Of a DNA stretch of 64,000 nucleotides, positions 1 to 18,332 are shown one piece after another (within the stretch, counting starts at the first letter, position 1; every line of letters begins with the position of its first letter). Under the pieces are notes generated by a model. It made no database searches. It saw only the letters and a program-made list of their open reading frames with translations, and had not been told where the DNA came from. This DNA is from Bigelowiella natans CCMP2755 (lineage: Eukaryota; Protista; Cercozoa): positions 1-64,000 of the forward strand of contig ADNK01002459.1 of the NCBI GenBank assembly GCA_000320545.1, given 5' to 3'. Position numbers and translations under genes: made by a program.

Positions 1-92
1 CATTTCATCCCCTCAAAGGAAGCAAATCAGTTTTTCATCTTTCATCACTCCAGGTTTTTCAGGGACCCGTTGGTTGACCCCGATAGAGAAGG

Positions 93-506
93 ATCTATCT
101 TTCTACCTTCCTATCTATCTCTTTATCCAGAGCACAATTAAACAAGGGGCGGGGGGTCGTCATCATCATCAAGATAAAGCTCATGTTATTTTATGTGTTA
201 GTTACCCTCTGGCAACATCCTTCCGTAAAAAGTCCGACAATTCAGCGCACAGCTCTGTGCCAGTAGGCCCTCCTTTTGTGAGAGCGCAATATACATAATT
301 GTCATCGATGACACACACACACACACACAGACTCACTCACTCACTCACACACACTCACCCAACAAGTCTATTGGCAATTACCAAATACACTTGGTGGGCT
401 TTCCCGGTATGTAATAATAATAAATAATGATGATGATGATGATAATAAGCACTTTGTTTAATTGTGCTCTGGATAAAGAGATAGATAGGAAGGTAGAAAG
501 ATAGAT
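93..506. repeat. Perfect 53-bp inverted repeat pair (93-145 and 454-506) in the two introns flanking NDH-2 exon 206-272
   Basis: 93-145 atctatctttctaccttcctatctatctctttatccagagcacaattaaacaa is the exact reverse complement of 454-506. Confidence 0.95.
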
Positions 507-1987
507 AAATTAAGGTATTCGTTTTTCAAATCTAGTAGTCGTGGTAGTATAATTTTTGTAGTTAAATTGTTTTATTGAAAGGAGAAGGAGGAGGAGGGAA
601 AAGAGTGGCAGCAGTTAAAAAATTCGTACGTACGTACGTTTGTACCTCCAACGACAACAAAATGCAAGAGTCTATCGATTTCATTCTCCCTTTCCGCATT
701 TTCTGGCACCTCCTTAGATTTAGCCGACGATATGTTCTGCAAGGCACTGGCCTTTTCGATCAATGAAAGAACTTTGCTTCTCACTTTCACTCCATCCTCT
801 AGCTGCAAAAGCAAAATAAGACTATTATGATGATGACGACGTGACTTGGGATAAGTAGGAGGAGGAGGAGGAGGGTGAATAGGTGTGAAAGTTACAAAGA
901 AGCAAATACTTCACCTCCTTAAGGAAAAGGGCGTTTTCCTTGACGCCTTTAATGCCGAACGTGGCAGGTTGAGCCCCCACAGCGATGACTATTAAAAGTG
1001 GGGGAGGAGGAAAAATGTTGGGAGGAGGAGGAGGAAGAAGTGGAGGAGGTGTATCATGGGCTTGTTCCATGATGCTAAAAGGTGCTAACATCATTACTAC
1101 ACGTAGAAGAGTTACACGTTAGCACTGCTATGGGAACGATTCTTTCGTCTTCCCTCCTCATTCTGCGCACCACAAGGCAAATCAATGGATGATCTCCTAT
1201 TATCAATTACCCAGTTTGTCGTATGGAATCTCTACGCCGCTGTCGGTGTCGCCCCCGAGGCTGCATTTTACGGTTTTATTTCTAAAGTCCACATTCTCGC
1301 ACGTGGCCTGCACGTAGCGGCCCCGTTCTTCTCCGTTTTTAACGACAGCATGCCTGACACTTTCTTGAATGTTGGAGTGAGAGACGGTTCCAGTAGCACT
1401 TCCAGCTAGCACTAGATGATAATAAGCATAATGAATGTGATCAACATACTACTCCAGTGAGTTTTTGGTAGACTACTGTATATCGTGTGATTGAGCTTAT
1501 TTGTAGATTGAGCATGTGCAATCGAAAAGAATGATAACAATGATGTCCGCGCTGCCCTTGTTCTCGTTCGCATGGAAAAGGTATTATTACATGGAGTGTA
1601 GAAAAAGTAAGGTCTTGGAGAGACGACTGTTAGGTCAACATCTTCTAAATTTAGCTTTCGGATTAGGCTCATAGCCCTGAAAATTATGAGAACGTAGTCA
1701 TGCACCGCCACCATGTAGCTTCCACAATCAATCAGCCTGATCACGCACTACTATTACTACTGGAATACATACCCCCATCCTGACCCCAGGACTACGAGCT
1801 TTTGCTTTGGCACATCACCATGAGCGGTAGGTACGCGTAGCCATTTAGGAGGAATAACATCGTCGAAGTCATCGTTGATGTATAGACTAATGGCGTACGA
1901 CCCACCCACCAGAGTGGCAGCACCGAAGCCAAGACGTCTCAAGCTTCGAGGTATTGCCAACAACGAAGACAACGAAGAAGATGACAT
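206..1987 (-). CDS. Type II (alternative) NAD(P)H:quinone oxidoreductase NDH-2, multi-exon, 3' part continues beyond the window start
   Basis: Spliced exons give an N-terminal targeting-like leader, KLVVLGSGWG (first Rossmann motif), VVSPRPYFFYTP, YDKLVIAVGA..TFGIKGV..ALFLKE and VVVGGGPTGTELCAELSDF (second Rossmann motif, exon 206-272). Junctions are GT-AG. Confidence 0.92.
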
Positions 1988-2054
1988 TCTGTGCCACTAT
2001 AATCTGGACGGTTGATGTAGAGTAATCTCAGATACTACAACGCACATTATCAGG

Positions 2055-2059
<5 letters not shown>

Positions 2060-2095
<36 letters not shown>
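2060..2095. repeat. (GA)n microsatellite, representative of dozens of (GA)n, (CA)n, (TA)n, (GAT)n and (TAG)n tracts, mostly intronic
   Basis: Directly visible; others at about 5123, 5915, 6752, 7027, 17417, 24566, 25757, 47468 and 58444. Confidence 0.95.
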
Positions 2096-2099
<4 letters not shown>

Positions 2100-2661
2100 G
2101 AGAGAAAGACAGAGTAGAAGGAGAGGATAGGAAAAAGAGGCGAGGAGAAAGAAACAGAAACGGAAGGAAATAAAGGGACAGGAAAAGAAGGGACGGGAAA
2201 AGAAAAATAAAACAAGAAAAGAGAATATAGAATGAGCAAAACGGAAGACACTGGGAGGGGTAAAGGCGCGAAAGGATGAAGCGATCGGACAGGTGAATTT
2301 TGATCACTCTCTATGGCAGCGTTTTTGTGGAAAAAAAGTTCTACTTTTATTTACAACTTCCCAAGTCTTAGCGCAAAAATCCATTGCATTTCTGTCAGTC
2401 TTCCACTCAGTTGATTTGGGACACGTGGTCAGAGCTCGCAGTAAAATCATGTTGAAACAAACCTTCTGCATTCAATCAATGCGACAACAACTTTAACTTC
2501 CGATGTGAATGATTTGCAGTGGACGTCCTGACGAACGACGTGAAAAATGCATTTGCAGTACACATCGGCGGCATGGTTCTGCTTAAGTCGCACTAACAAA
2601 GTTCCATGCAATTCAGCATTTTCTGGTTGGACGCTTTGACTTCGGTATTGATTAATTCCTA

Positions 2662-3552
2662 CGAAGATGCTCTTCTTTGAAAAACGTCAATCGGACTTTT
2701 TCGACGAGGTTTCGGATGAACCAGCGCGTGCACATTGTTGAATGGCTTGTTCGCGCTTGGAAACATTGAATTGCACACGCGGCTTTTGTGTCGTGTGCCA
2801 CTCAGACGGGAAAGAGTCTGTCCAGAGAGTGTCCTTTGACTTTCACTGTGCATCAAAAAGTGAACGAGGTGACACCACGCACACACGTCGCACATGATGT
2901 TGATGCTGACGTGGTTTGATGCGTGTCCGTCAGGCTTGGTCATTGCAAGTTGACCTCATCGCGCTTGTCGAGAGCTTGTGTGAAGTGAGTCTGGAAGTGT
3001 GGTGACGTTTTCCCCCCGCACCAGGCAACAGCAACAGCTCACATCAAAAACGTCGAAAGTGACAAAGGCTGAGGTGCGCGCAAATCGATCATTGCGCTAA
3101 ATTGCACACCTTCAAGTGCAGCAGCGAAGCATGCAGCGTGTGCAGTTTCACGTGTGTGACGACAATTGCACGGTTCTACTTGCGCACAAGCAGCACCGTC
3201 TTGGTGCGCATTGCATTGTTGCTAGATTGGAGCACGCACACCAAAATCGCACCATCAGATTCGCAGCAGCAAGGCTAGAAGGCCGAGTGTGCTTTTTGAG
3301 TGCACGCATTTATTGGAAACGTGTGTGTCGAAGTGAATGGCACAGCAGGTGTCCTGACAGTGCACGCAGGACAATGGACACAGTGCACGTTGCATCACAT
3401 GCATGATGTGCGTCAGCTAGACAGTGCACACGGTTCCATCATCACAATGACGATCAGTCCCACGCGTCTGATGAATCACATCGCCATGTTGCAGAAATTT
3501 CTGCAGTTGTGCATGCGTTTTTCACCAATGTCATCGACTGTGAGAAGACGAT
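2662..3552. other. TpA-depleted, TGCA/CACG-rich intergenic tract
   Basis: Manual count: no TA in 2662-3097 and only 6 TA in about 890 bp; CpG is abundant. Confidence 0.9.
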
Positions 3553-3599
3553 TAGGCGTCACATCAGAATGGAACATAGGAATGCAGATGTAATGACAA

Positions 3600-9220
<5,621 letters not shown>

Positions 9221-10092
9221 GATGCAGGTAGAAGTGTTTGTGGTGTGTGGGTTCGACGGGCAGGGGGTGTTTGGTCGGTCGGATGTAAATTGATGCCCAG
9301 AGAAGAATCAATCCCGAAAATGTTGCAACTAGATGAAAACGCCTGTACCATCTTCCTAAGACATGAAAATCTGATTGCAGCAAGTCATGATCACCAAAGT
9401 TCAATTCGCAAATCCTTCGTGCTTGTTCTGAATCGTCCTCGTTCCAGAGGGTAAGACGGGCTATTCATGTCGCAGCTATTGTGCACAATTGATCGAAAAG
9501 ACAATTGTAGGCCGAAGTTATTCTACGACCTGTAAATCCGGTTAATTCGTAGAATATGCCAACGGATTACGGGAAGAAACTTCGGCCGTCATAAGATGAA
9601 ATTCAGGACGTTTGCGTGGTACGCACACCCTTTTCTGGTCTCAAAATCACCGAAATTAAAGGCCGCGATCAAGAAAAGTACGATGTTCAGCAAAGCCCAA
9701 TGTCGCAAATGTAAATCCCAATAAATTCTATCTTTCATACCAAGATGTTCGAAAAAGATGTAGCTTCTTGCATATCTCCGCCTTGAAAATTTGTCTGGAA
9801 CTTCCAGCATATTAATGAAAAAAGCAGGGCCAATAATTAACGGTGACATGCATTTAGGAACATCATGCCGACCCTTGCGCCTGTCCTTCATGAAGACACA
9901 AATTACAGGCGATTATTGCGATAAATCAGGTAAGAATGATGTCTTAATATAAAAACCAAGCATCCGCGGGCCTCGCTCTACCCCAACCTTCTTCCCGGTG
10001 TGCACAACAAAATATAGACCCATTTGAAAGGATCTTTGGTAGACCCGAGGCAGAGAAATCGGGGGGGCATCCAATTACTATAGGGGTCCAAG

Positions 10093-11747
10093 ATGAAGCG
10101 CAATGAGATGGCACAGCCGCCCCCGAGCGCCACTACAATGGGAGGTGCATACGGCACAATGTCCGAACAAAGCAGCTCCAAGAGGCATAGATCCTCTGCG
10201 AGTCCTTCAAAGTGCCTACATGTGCGTGCATTACCAATGTATTGCACGGAGCATGAGCTGACGCAGCTTTTTGGCGCTTTCGGGAGGGTTGATAAAATTT
10301 TGATTATGACCAATAAGCAGCAGGCTTTTGTTCAAATGGATTCAGTAATGACAGCCACCAATGTGGTCAACCATTTCGCGGTCTTCCCAGCCGTCATTAG
10401 GTGATAATTTAGTTTTGTCCTGTGTATATTAATTTGTGGAGCCATCTACATGTTTTCGGATTCAGTTGTAAGCGCAAATGTGTGATATGCTTTTTCTCAT
10501 TATTTCAGGAATAAGAACATCCACGTTCAATATTCAAACCACCAAGAACTGTCGTCCTCTTCCTCCAACCAGAGTAACTCTGGAATTCCCGCTAATTCGA
10601 TCCTTATGGTTTCGATCGAGAACGTCCAAGCCCCCATCACACTCGACAACTTGGTGACCGTCTTTAAGACCTATGGCTCAATTTTAAGAATTGTGACTTT
10701 CCTCTCTGGATTCCAGTATAAAGCACTGATTCAGATGGGGAGCATCGAATCGGCAGCCGCTGCAAAAGCAAATCTCGAAGGAAAAGATATGTTTCAAGGA
10801 TGCTGTACGCTCCGAATCAACTTCTCCAAATTACAACAGCTCAAGGTCACGAATTGCGGACCTAAGAGCTGGGACTTCACACAGCGCGCGGTGATGGATC
10901 AGCAACATCAACCAGCATTTGGGATGGTGCAGCAACTGCAAACTTCTGTATATGGCAACTACTCCTTGAATCCATACGAACAGAAGGACATGCTTGGTCA
11001 CTTAGGAGGATACGATCCCATGAACAACCCATATGGACTAGGGGGGGGGCTGGGAGGAAATCAGATGGGGATGGGAGTCATGTCGAGGACAGGTGGCCAA
11101 GTGGGCGCTGCTCCTAACGGCAATATGCGCGGAGTAAACAGCCCAGTTCTCTTGGTTTCCAACCTTCCGGAGGATGGGACTATCAAACCCATAAATCTCT
11201 TCAACTTGTTCAGCTGCTATGGTAACGTCCTTCGGGTCAAAATCTTGTATAAGAAGCTTTCTACCGCACTGATCCAGTTTTCCTCTCCATTGGGGGCGAA
11301 TCTAGCAAGACGACATCTAAACGGAGTAGAATTGGGAGGAAGAATGCTAGATGTGAGAAGCTCCAACTACCTAACTGTCAGGCTGCCAAAGGACGAGGAC
11401 GAAGATTCTAAGCATCTCAACGCGGATTACACCACCTCCCCCCTCCATCGGTTCAAAATGGGCCAGCTGTACAATCAAAAGAATATATTCGCACCCAGCA
11501 CGGTGCTGCATATTTCTAACATCGATCCTGAAGTGAAAGTGTCTTCAATCACATCGCTCTTCGGGGGTTTGGGTATAAGGGGGTTTGAGTGGCTCGTAAA
11601 TACAGCAAGCGACAAGAAAATGGCGTTTGTGCAGCTAATGAGTTTATCGAATGCTCTACAGGCAGTAATGCATCTGCACTCAACCCCCCTCAAAGGAACT
11701 CCTATCCGAATCTCGTTTTCAAAACAAGATCGTACAGTCACTCCGTT

Positions 11748-11779
<32 letters not shown>

Positions 11780-12045
11780 CTGGAGGAGAGGGCACTGAAG
11801 AGAAAGTACCAGATCAAGCAGCAGTTGCACCTACTACTGCTACCACCACCACTACCACCACAAATTCCGTTGGAAGCAGCAATAGTCAACCCAGTAGCCA
11901 TTCGACGATACCACCTGCTGATCCTACCGCAGCCGCCGCTGCTGCTTCTCCTGCTCCTGCTGCTGCTGCTGCCACAACTCCCAAGGAGCAAAGTGATGCT
12001 TCAGTTCAACCAGCAGAACAATCAGCATCTGCGGGACAGTTGTGA
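10093..12045 (+). CDS. Polypyrimidine tract-binding protein / hnRNP L-like protein with four RRMs (intron 10401-10508)
   Basis: RRM1 LHVRALP..QAFVQM..QYSNHQEL; RRM2 ITLDNL..IVTF..ALIQ..GCCTLRINFSK; RRM3 LLVSNL..LFNLFSCYGNVLRVKIL; RRM4 PSTVLHISNI..IRISFSK. Confidence 0.92.
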
Positions 12046-12766
12046 TTGGAATATAATAGTAGCAATGCGCAGATCATGCACGCTCTACAATAGGTTTATT
12101 TTCTTCATAACTCTATTTTCCACAAGCACGCATCAGCAATAATTCTTTCCCTTAAATGTAATATGTGAGTGGGCATGACTATGCGCCACATACAACAGCT
12201 ATTGAAGACTATAGACACAGTATATATAATATATATAATTGTGAAGTCCTTTTTGTTGCGTTGCGCCCAAATGTGCCGTGCAATGACTGCCAATAACCTC
12301 AGTAATAGCACGCACGCACGTGGCCGGCATGCTATAAGCACATACGTAGCATCGATAGAATAATTGTGAGCATGAAAGCGCTAAATCTAGAAATGGCTGC
12401 GCCACGTACTCTACCGATCGAGTGAAGTGTTGCTTTGCACGTGTGGCCAGTTGTGTGTGACAACTTCATGATTTTACAACCTACGTACACGTCTGCGCTA
12501 TCCACACCCTCTGTATTGCCTGTCATGCACTACTAGTCAACATGCTGGCTACATATAGGCGTGCGCGCGTATAGCCTGATCCTAGTCAATAACGAACGCA
12601 AGATATGGCTAAATATGCTCTAAATGCTCACAGTGAGACGACAGCAAATGTGCACGATGCAACAGTACATGTAAAATGGGGCTACGTTTATTGCTCATGC
12701 ATCGCACGTTGAATGTATGTTAAATTTTGACTCATCGTGATCATGATATATGCGATAAGTAGACAT

Positions 12767-14056
12767 TTAAATTTTACGAACGCGGTCTAGTTTCTGCCGT
12801 GCATCTTTAGTAAGAGATCGAAACGTAAGACTGTAGCGGATGTCCGTTTTATGATGCCTTACAGCATGGCGAAGATCATATCGTGACATTCCACTGAGTA
12901 CGTAAAGAGAATTCTTTGGCACTTCTATTGCCTGTATGGTTGAAAGACTAAAGTTTTTACTTGAACCACTCGTAGCACCCAACAGGAGCGTAGTATCTGC
13001 GTTGAGGCTAACACCACAAATTATTTCTTGAAAAGAAGGACGGTTGTCGAAATGAAATCCCAAAGTTTGTTCCTTCGTATACTTGTTTAGGAACAATTGG
13101 TCAATAGGGGCAGGGCTCCTTTGCGAGTGTTGATGACAGCTGTACTTATTCAGGTCTTTTATTTTCAAAGCACTCGCCATTGCTTTCTGTCCTAGCTTCT
13201 TGAAAAGTAAAGGCATTGCAGTGCGAGACTTTACCTTGTATCCTGGTTGGGAATACTCAATTCCATATGTGATGTGTACCTTTCGATAATATGAAAATAA
13301 GCTTTATGCAATAATCAAGTCTGAGGGCAGTACAGGGCACATGATGTTACCCTGCCATCGTTCTTCTCTGAAGGATACCAAACTTTGATCGATTCTATGT
13401 GAGCCAATAATTTTTTCTCTTCTTGTGGGGTAATGAAATCGTGAATTATGTGAAAACCGAAAAGCTTAAGATTCTGCTTCGCGAGACTCTTCCGTGCAGC
13501 TTCATACTCCTCTTTAACCTTCTCATCGCAACCGAACATCGAACCCCTAGTCGCCCTCTGGTGAAATTTGAATTGGAAGCTTTTTGCGACGACTTCTGCA
13601 GCTTTTGGGGTCAATAATGAAGCTTCCTTTGGAGTTCTTTTCCTATGTTTCTTAACTTTGGCTTTTTCCCTATCAAATGATCCTCGTGATGATAACTCTC
13701 TTCGTTTTCTCAACTCTTGGGACCGCTCTCGCGCCTTCGATCTCAATCCGTGTTCCTAAATACCAAACGTGCAACATTGCATATAAAGAGTTTCGCCTAG
13801 AATGAATAAATAATACCCTGTATTTCGAGTAGGAAGCACCATGTTGAATAAGCATCAAACGCTTTCTATTAGTCCAACCACTTTGGCATGATATTTTTTG
13901 CCATGCAGCAGAGAATAGCATTGGTGCTTTGAGTGTATCGCACAAAATTACCAACAGTACCACCACCAAGGCCTGTATTTTTTGTGTGCCTTTTCGGTTC
14001 AGAAATTTTTTGTTGTAATAGCTACTGCGGGATTTGTTGGGAGAACAGGATCGCAT
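12767..14056 (-). CDS. AlkB-family Fe(II)/2-oxoglutarate dioxygenase (5' end tentative)
   Basis: Exons about 14056-13817, 13755-13351 and 13279-12767 give IIHDFITPQEEKKLL..GRVHITYG, NKY..LGFHFD (HxD), VSL, SLYVLSGMSRYDLRHAV and RYSLTFR. Confidence 0.85.
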
Positions 14057-14522
14057 GAATCTCCCTTGATCTACCACCCACTAACCCTGATCACCATGTC
14101 CTCCACAGTTCTGCTGGTTTGTTGTATCTAGTACAGACTCAATGCAACAGGATAGTCGTTTTTTTGGGGGTAGGAAGATCGATTGAAGTGTCCCTCCCTC
14201 CTCCTTTAGTGTTCGTTTCTATCCGAAGTTGACACCGTGGTCCTTTTCATGCCGACGTGCGTTCCGACTCCATGCTTTTACTTATATTCATCTCTTGTTG
14301 GGTTTTTATAGCTACGACATCTCGTCAAGGAATGTTTTCTCCTAGTTTCAGCGTCTCAGGTTAAAATTCCCCTGCTTTTTCGCTCGAAGAAGATAGCGCG
14401 AAAGCTTTCTCGGCACATAATTCAGAATGGCTTCCGAGTCGCTCGGATTCGTGCGAGGGAGAGAGAGCGAAAGAACATGAACTAGCCCTAACTTGTTGAA
14501 ATGATATGAATCGCCAGTTATC

Positions 14523-17415
14523 ATGAAAAAAACGGAGATTGAACGCAATGAAAGCTCAGGACCAAAGGGGAGTGGTGAGAAAACGAGCTGTGCGCGGAAG
14601 AGGAGGCCAAAAACAATGGAGGGGAATTCCAATTCCGCAGCCTTTACCGCTCTATGGAGGGGACTTTCAGGAGATGCTCAGAGCGCAGAGATTGCAGTCA
14701 AACTGCTATCCGATAAACAATTGAATACAATGAGGAGGGCAACGTTCGCTCCTGCTCTACGGGCACTAGTGGGTCTTAGAGCCGCGGCGGTGGAAGCGGC
14801 TCTTTCTGGCGCTTTGGCTAGCTACGGAAAAAAGCCTTCGTTTTCTTCTTCAGTTAGAAGCCCCTCACAACAAGTCTCCCGTTCATATACAATGGGTGAA
14901 AGCGTATCTTCCACATGTACGGAGGAGCGGCCAGAAGAGGCTGAGCTTCTTGCTGCCAGCAGTTCAGATTCTGAGCTCCTCGACGCAAAGGTCGTCTCCA
15001 ATCTCAACGCAAGGTGGAAGCAACGGTGGGCCTTCGTAGATGCTATCAAAGGCCAAGCTGAGAATAAAAGCGACGGTAGTTTTGATTGCGAAATGGAAGA
15101 TCTCAAGTCGAAACCTAGCTTAGGAGTGTTAGAAGAGCAGCCCGCCCCCATCACCCCTCCACCCGCATCCATTGTTGTCTCGCTTGGGTCTGGGTTCGAT
15201 ATGCGATGCTCCTCCCCTGACGACAGAGAAATAATAAATAGTACAAACCGAAATAAGCGTATTCAGTGGATCCGGGTTGATCGAAGATGCGTACAGGAGC
15301 TCCAAACGCCTTTTTGCCAGGCGGTAGGGTGCGGCTGCATATTCATCTCTGGCGATGTGTGTGCAAAAGAGACGTCCAGGAAGATAACTAAATCCCTGCG
15401 TGCTTGGAGCAAATTGATGCTGGCGTCCTTATCTAATGATAGCGGGTCTGCCTCATCAGTGAAGCTAGTTTGGTTGGCAGAAGGGCTGTTTGAGTACCTC
15501 ACCCTACCACAGCAAGAGCGCCTCCTCAGGTCGATATCAGCGAGTTCCCGCACCATTGAAGCAAAGCTTGCGCCGAGAATTAAGATGGAGACAAGGATTG
15601 TCCTGCCTCTTCTCTCACCCCACCTAGAGGGTGTGAAAGGGATGCGGTTCGGATGGAAGTTTTCTAAGGTGGTAGATAATAATAATATACCCTCCATGTA
15701 CGGACGATTTGCTCCTTCTAGCAAAATTGGATTTGAAACAACATTAATATACAAAAACATAAAAAACTATGTATGTCCCAGCTGTTTGTCAGGCTTTAAT
15801 TGCGTAAGTATTTCGTGAAATGATATATTACTAATGGAAGCCGTGATCATCATCAGTAGAGTAATCCACCAAAGTCTCCTCACACACACACACACACACA
15901 CACACAAACACTTGTTGTGTCTCTTCTTCTTATCACCATATGTCGTGTCGTGATCCATCGCTTAGAACGTGCCATGGTCTGTCCTGAAGGAAGAGGGCTG
16001 GAGCACAGTCGCCGTTAAGGGCTGCAGTAGCACTAACACCAATCACTGCAAGAAGAAGCAGCAGCAGCATTCATGGGGAACTTTGCTTGAGGCCTTCAGG
16101 GTAAACAATGTGAGGATGATGACAACAGCAAAGGAGGGCGCTGCAACCCTAAGTCATACCGCAGCAGCGCCGAGCTTCGATCATAAACGTGAAGGAGAAG
16201 CGAAGTCAAAAGCAGATGCAAGCATCGACTCTGAGACGTGGATCGCGAAGCCTTCCGAGACCCGCTTCACAGCCTCCGGTGTGGAGATCTGCCTCGCACA
16301 CAACTATGCTCTGAACGGGTGCGCCGAGTCTAGAATGGGACGACCGTGCTTGAAAGGGCGACAAGGCCGTTGTCCATTGGACCATGATCACTGCCATCGG
16401 TGTGGAAAGAAGGGCCATAGCGCAAAACGCTGTATTATGGCAAGAGCAACGACGACAGCGGATGTGATGACAGTAGTAGCAGCAGCAGCAGCAGCAGCAG
16501 CAGCAGGCTCCAAGGAAGTTAGAGGAAGAACACAGAACGAGATTCAGCATTCCAGTCACGACGAGGACAGGGAGGAAGAATATGATAAAAAGCAAAGAGG
16601 GGGGGGGGATATCAAGCTAGATCAGCAAGGCCGAGCCTCCTCCTCCTCTTCCTCCTACTATATATACGCAGTAGGAGGGAGAGTGAGAGGCAGAACTATT
16701 GGCACGGTTGAACGTTTCTCCGTTAGCAAAGGTATATGGGAGACCTGTGCACGAATCGCAGAGCCTCGTGGCAGTTTGGCCATGGCGGCCGTCGGAACGC
16801 AAGTATTTGCCATTGGTGGTAGCGGCATCGCAAGCAATCTAGATTCCTGTGAATGCCTCGAAACATCCCTCAGCGACGACCTAAAGACTCCATGGCAAAA
16901 ATGCCCTACGATTGGCACGGCGCGTCACGCTCTCGCAGCGACTGAAAGCGGAGGGAAAATATGGGTCGTTGGCGGCTGGAAGTATGGTGATCAATCGAGC
17001 GGTGAGACTGAATGTCTTGATCTCAGGAAACACTTTGAGACGAATGCCAGCAACACCAACAGCGAGGGGGGCGCGGGACGATACTTCTGGCGGCCGTGCT
17101 CCTCCCTGAACGTCGCGAGGAAATTGCATGGGTTGACGAGTCTTGGCGGGAAGCTTTATGTGTTTGGCGGCATGGCGGCCAATTCGTTCAAACCACTAAG
17201 CAGCGCTGAATGCTACGACCCTCAGTCGGACAAATGGGGCCCCATACGAGATATGGTATGATACATATAGTTGGCTACTACCGTGCTTGTAGTGGTTTTG
17301 GTGGGTGATGATGATAAGGTGATAAGGCTCATAGTGGTGGCCAATATGTTTATCCTACTGCTGATGAGTCATGATAAGAAAATATACTTTGTTTTCTCTT
17401 TCATTTCATGTATAT

Positions 17416-17498
<83 letters not shown>

Positions 17499-17969
17499 AG
17501 CACGCATACGTACAATTTACGAAATTGATTATACATGATGCAGCCCTCGGGAGCTCGCTGTTGCGCTACGCGTGTGGGAGGTGCGATCTACATCATCCTC
17601 TTTGGCGAAGCTCCGGAGTTCGGGGTGCTCCGCTACGACGTCAAAGCCGACCGATACGAAAAGCTAGCACGCCTTCCCATCGAGAAGTGGTTTGGGTTCT
17701 CCTGTGCCGTGGTTGGTGACCGGTATGTGCATGTACTAGGAGGAAAGAGCAATGGCAAATGGATAGGATGCCATTACTGCTATGATACTCAGGAGGACAG
17801 CTGGCAAGAGCTGCCCGGAATGCTTGCTCACCGTCGTAGGCTAGGCGTAGTTGCTGTGGCTACAGTAGTCACCTCTGTTTCTCCCCCTCCTCCTCCTCCT
17901 CCACCTCCTGTCTCTAGAGACGTGGTTGCAGCTGTCCAAAACAAGGGGGGGGGGACTGGAAAGAAATGA
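14523..17969 (+). CDS. Fusion protein: LCM-family SAM methyltransferase + CCHC zinc knuckle + Kelch repeats (introns about 15669-15965 and 17256-17542)
   Basis: LCM motifs VVSLGSGFDMR, WIRVD, FISGDV, WLAEGLFEYL. A phase-0 GT..AG intron joins ..GWKFSK to NVPWSVLKEEGW. CHRCGKKGHSAKRC knuckle. About six Kelch repeats (IYAVGG, VFAIGG, IWVVGG, LYVFGG, VHVLGG). Confidence 0.78.
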
Positions 17970-18291
17970 ATGAATATTTGATGATTTGCTTTGCGTGACT
18001 GATCTCTACATTTTAAGTAAAACGTATATATTGTCTTGCTATCAGCCTATGGCTTTCTGTTATATCGTTTATATTGCTCATAATATGGTCAATAAGCACG
18101 CTATGTGCATAGCATTACAACGTCGTATAAATTATATGCTGTAAATATATTAATATACATATACATATAAATATATATTTATGTTTGTGTGTGTGCTGAT
18201 ATATTTATGAGACGGATGTAATGAATTTAAAATGTTCAATTATCATCCTAATGTAGCTGTGCAAAGCTGTGTATATGGCTATAAACATATA

Positions 18292-18332
<41 letters not shown>

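Noticed and set aside
1-92. Possible next NDH-2 exon or intronic C/D snoRNA (GTGATGA..CTGA on the minus strand)
   Set aside because: The frame does not give the expected conserved sequence, the box spacing is too short, and the window edge prevents evaluation.
1997-2307. Hydrophobic SLSLSL, THTHTH or CVCVCV ORFs here and throughout the window
   Set aside because: These are translations of microsatellites and purine tracts.
2659-3593. His/Cys-rich ORFs in the TpA-depleted tracts (also 41556-42050 and 54308-54699)
   Set aside because: Loss of TA removes TAA/TAG stops and Tyr codons, so ORFs open in many frames on both strands. No domain motifs were seen.
9589-9891. 100-aa ORF between the helicase and PTB
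   Set aside because: No recognisable motif; it lies in the divergent promoter / 5'UTR region.
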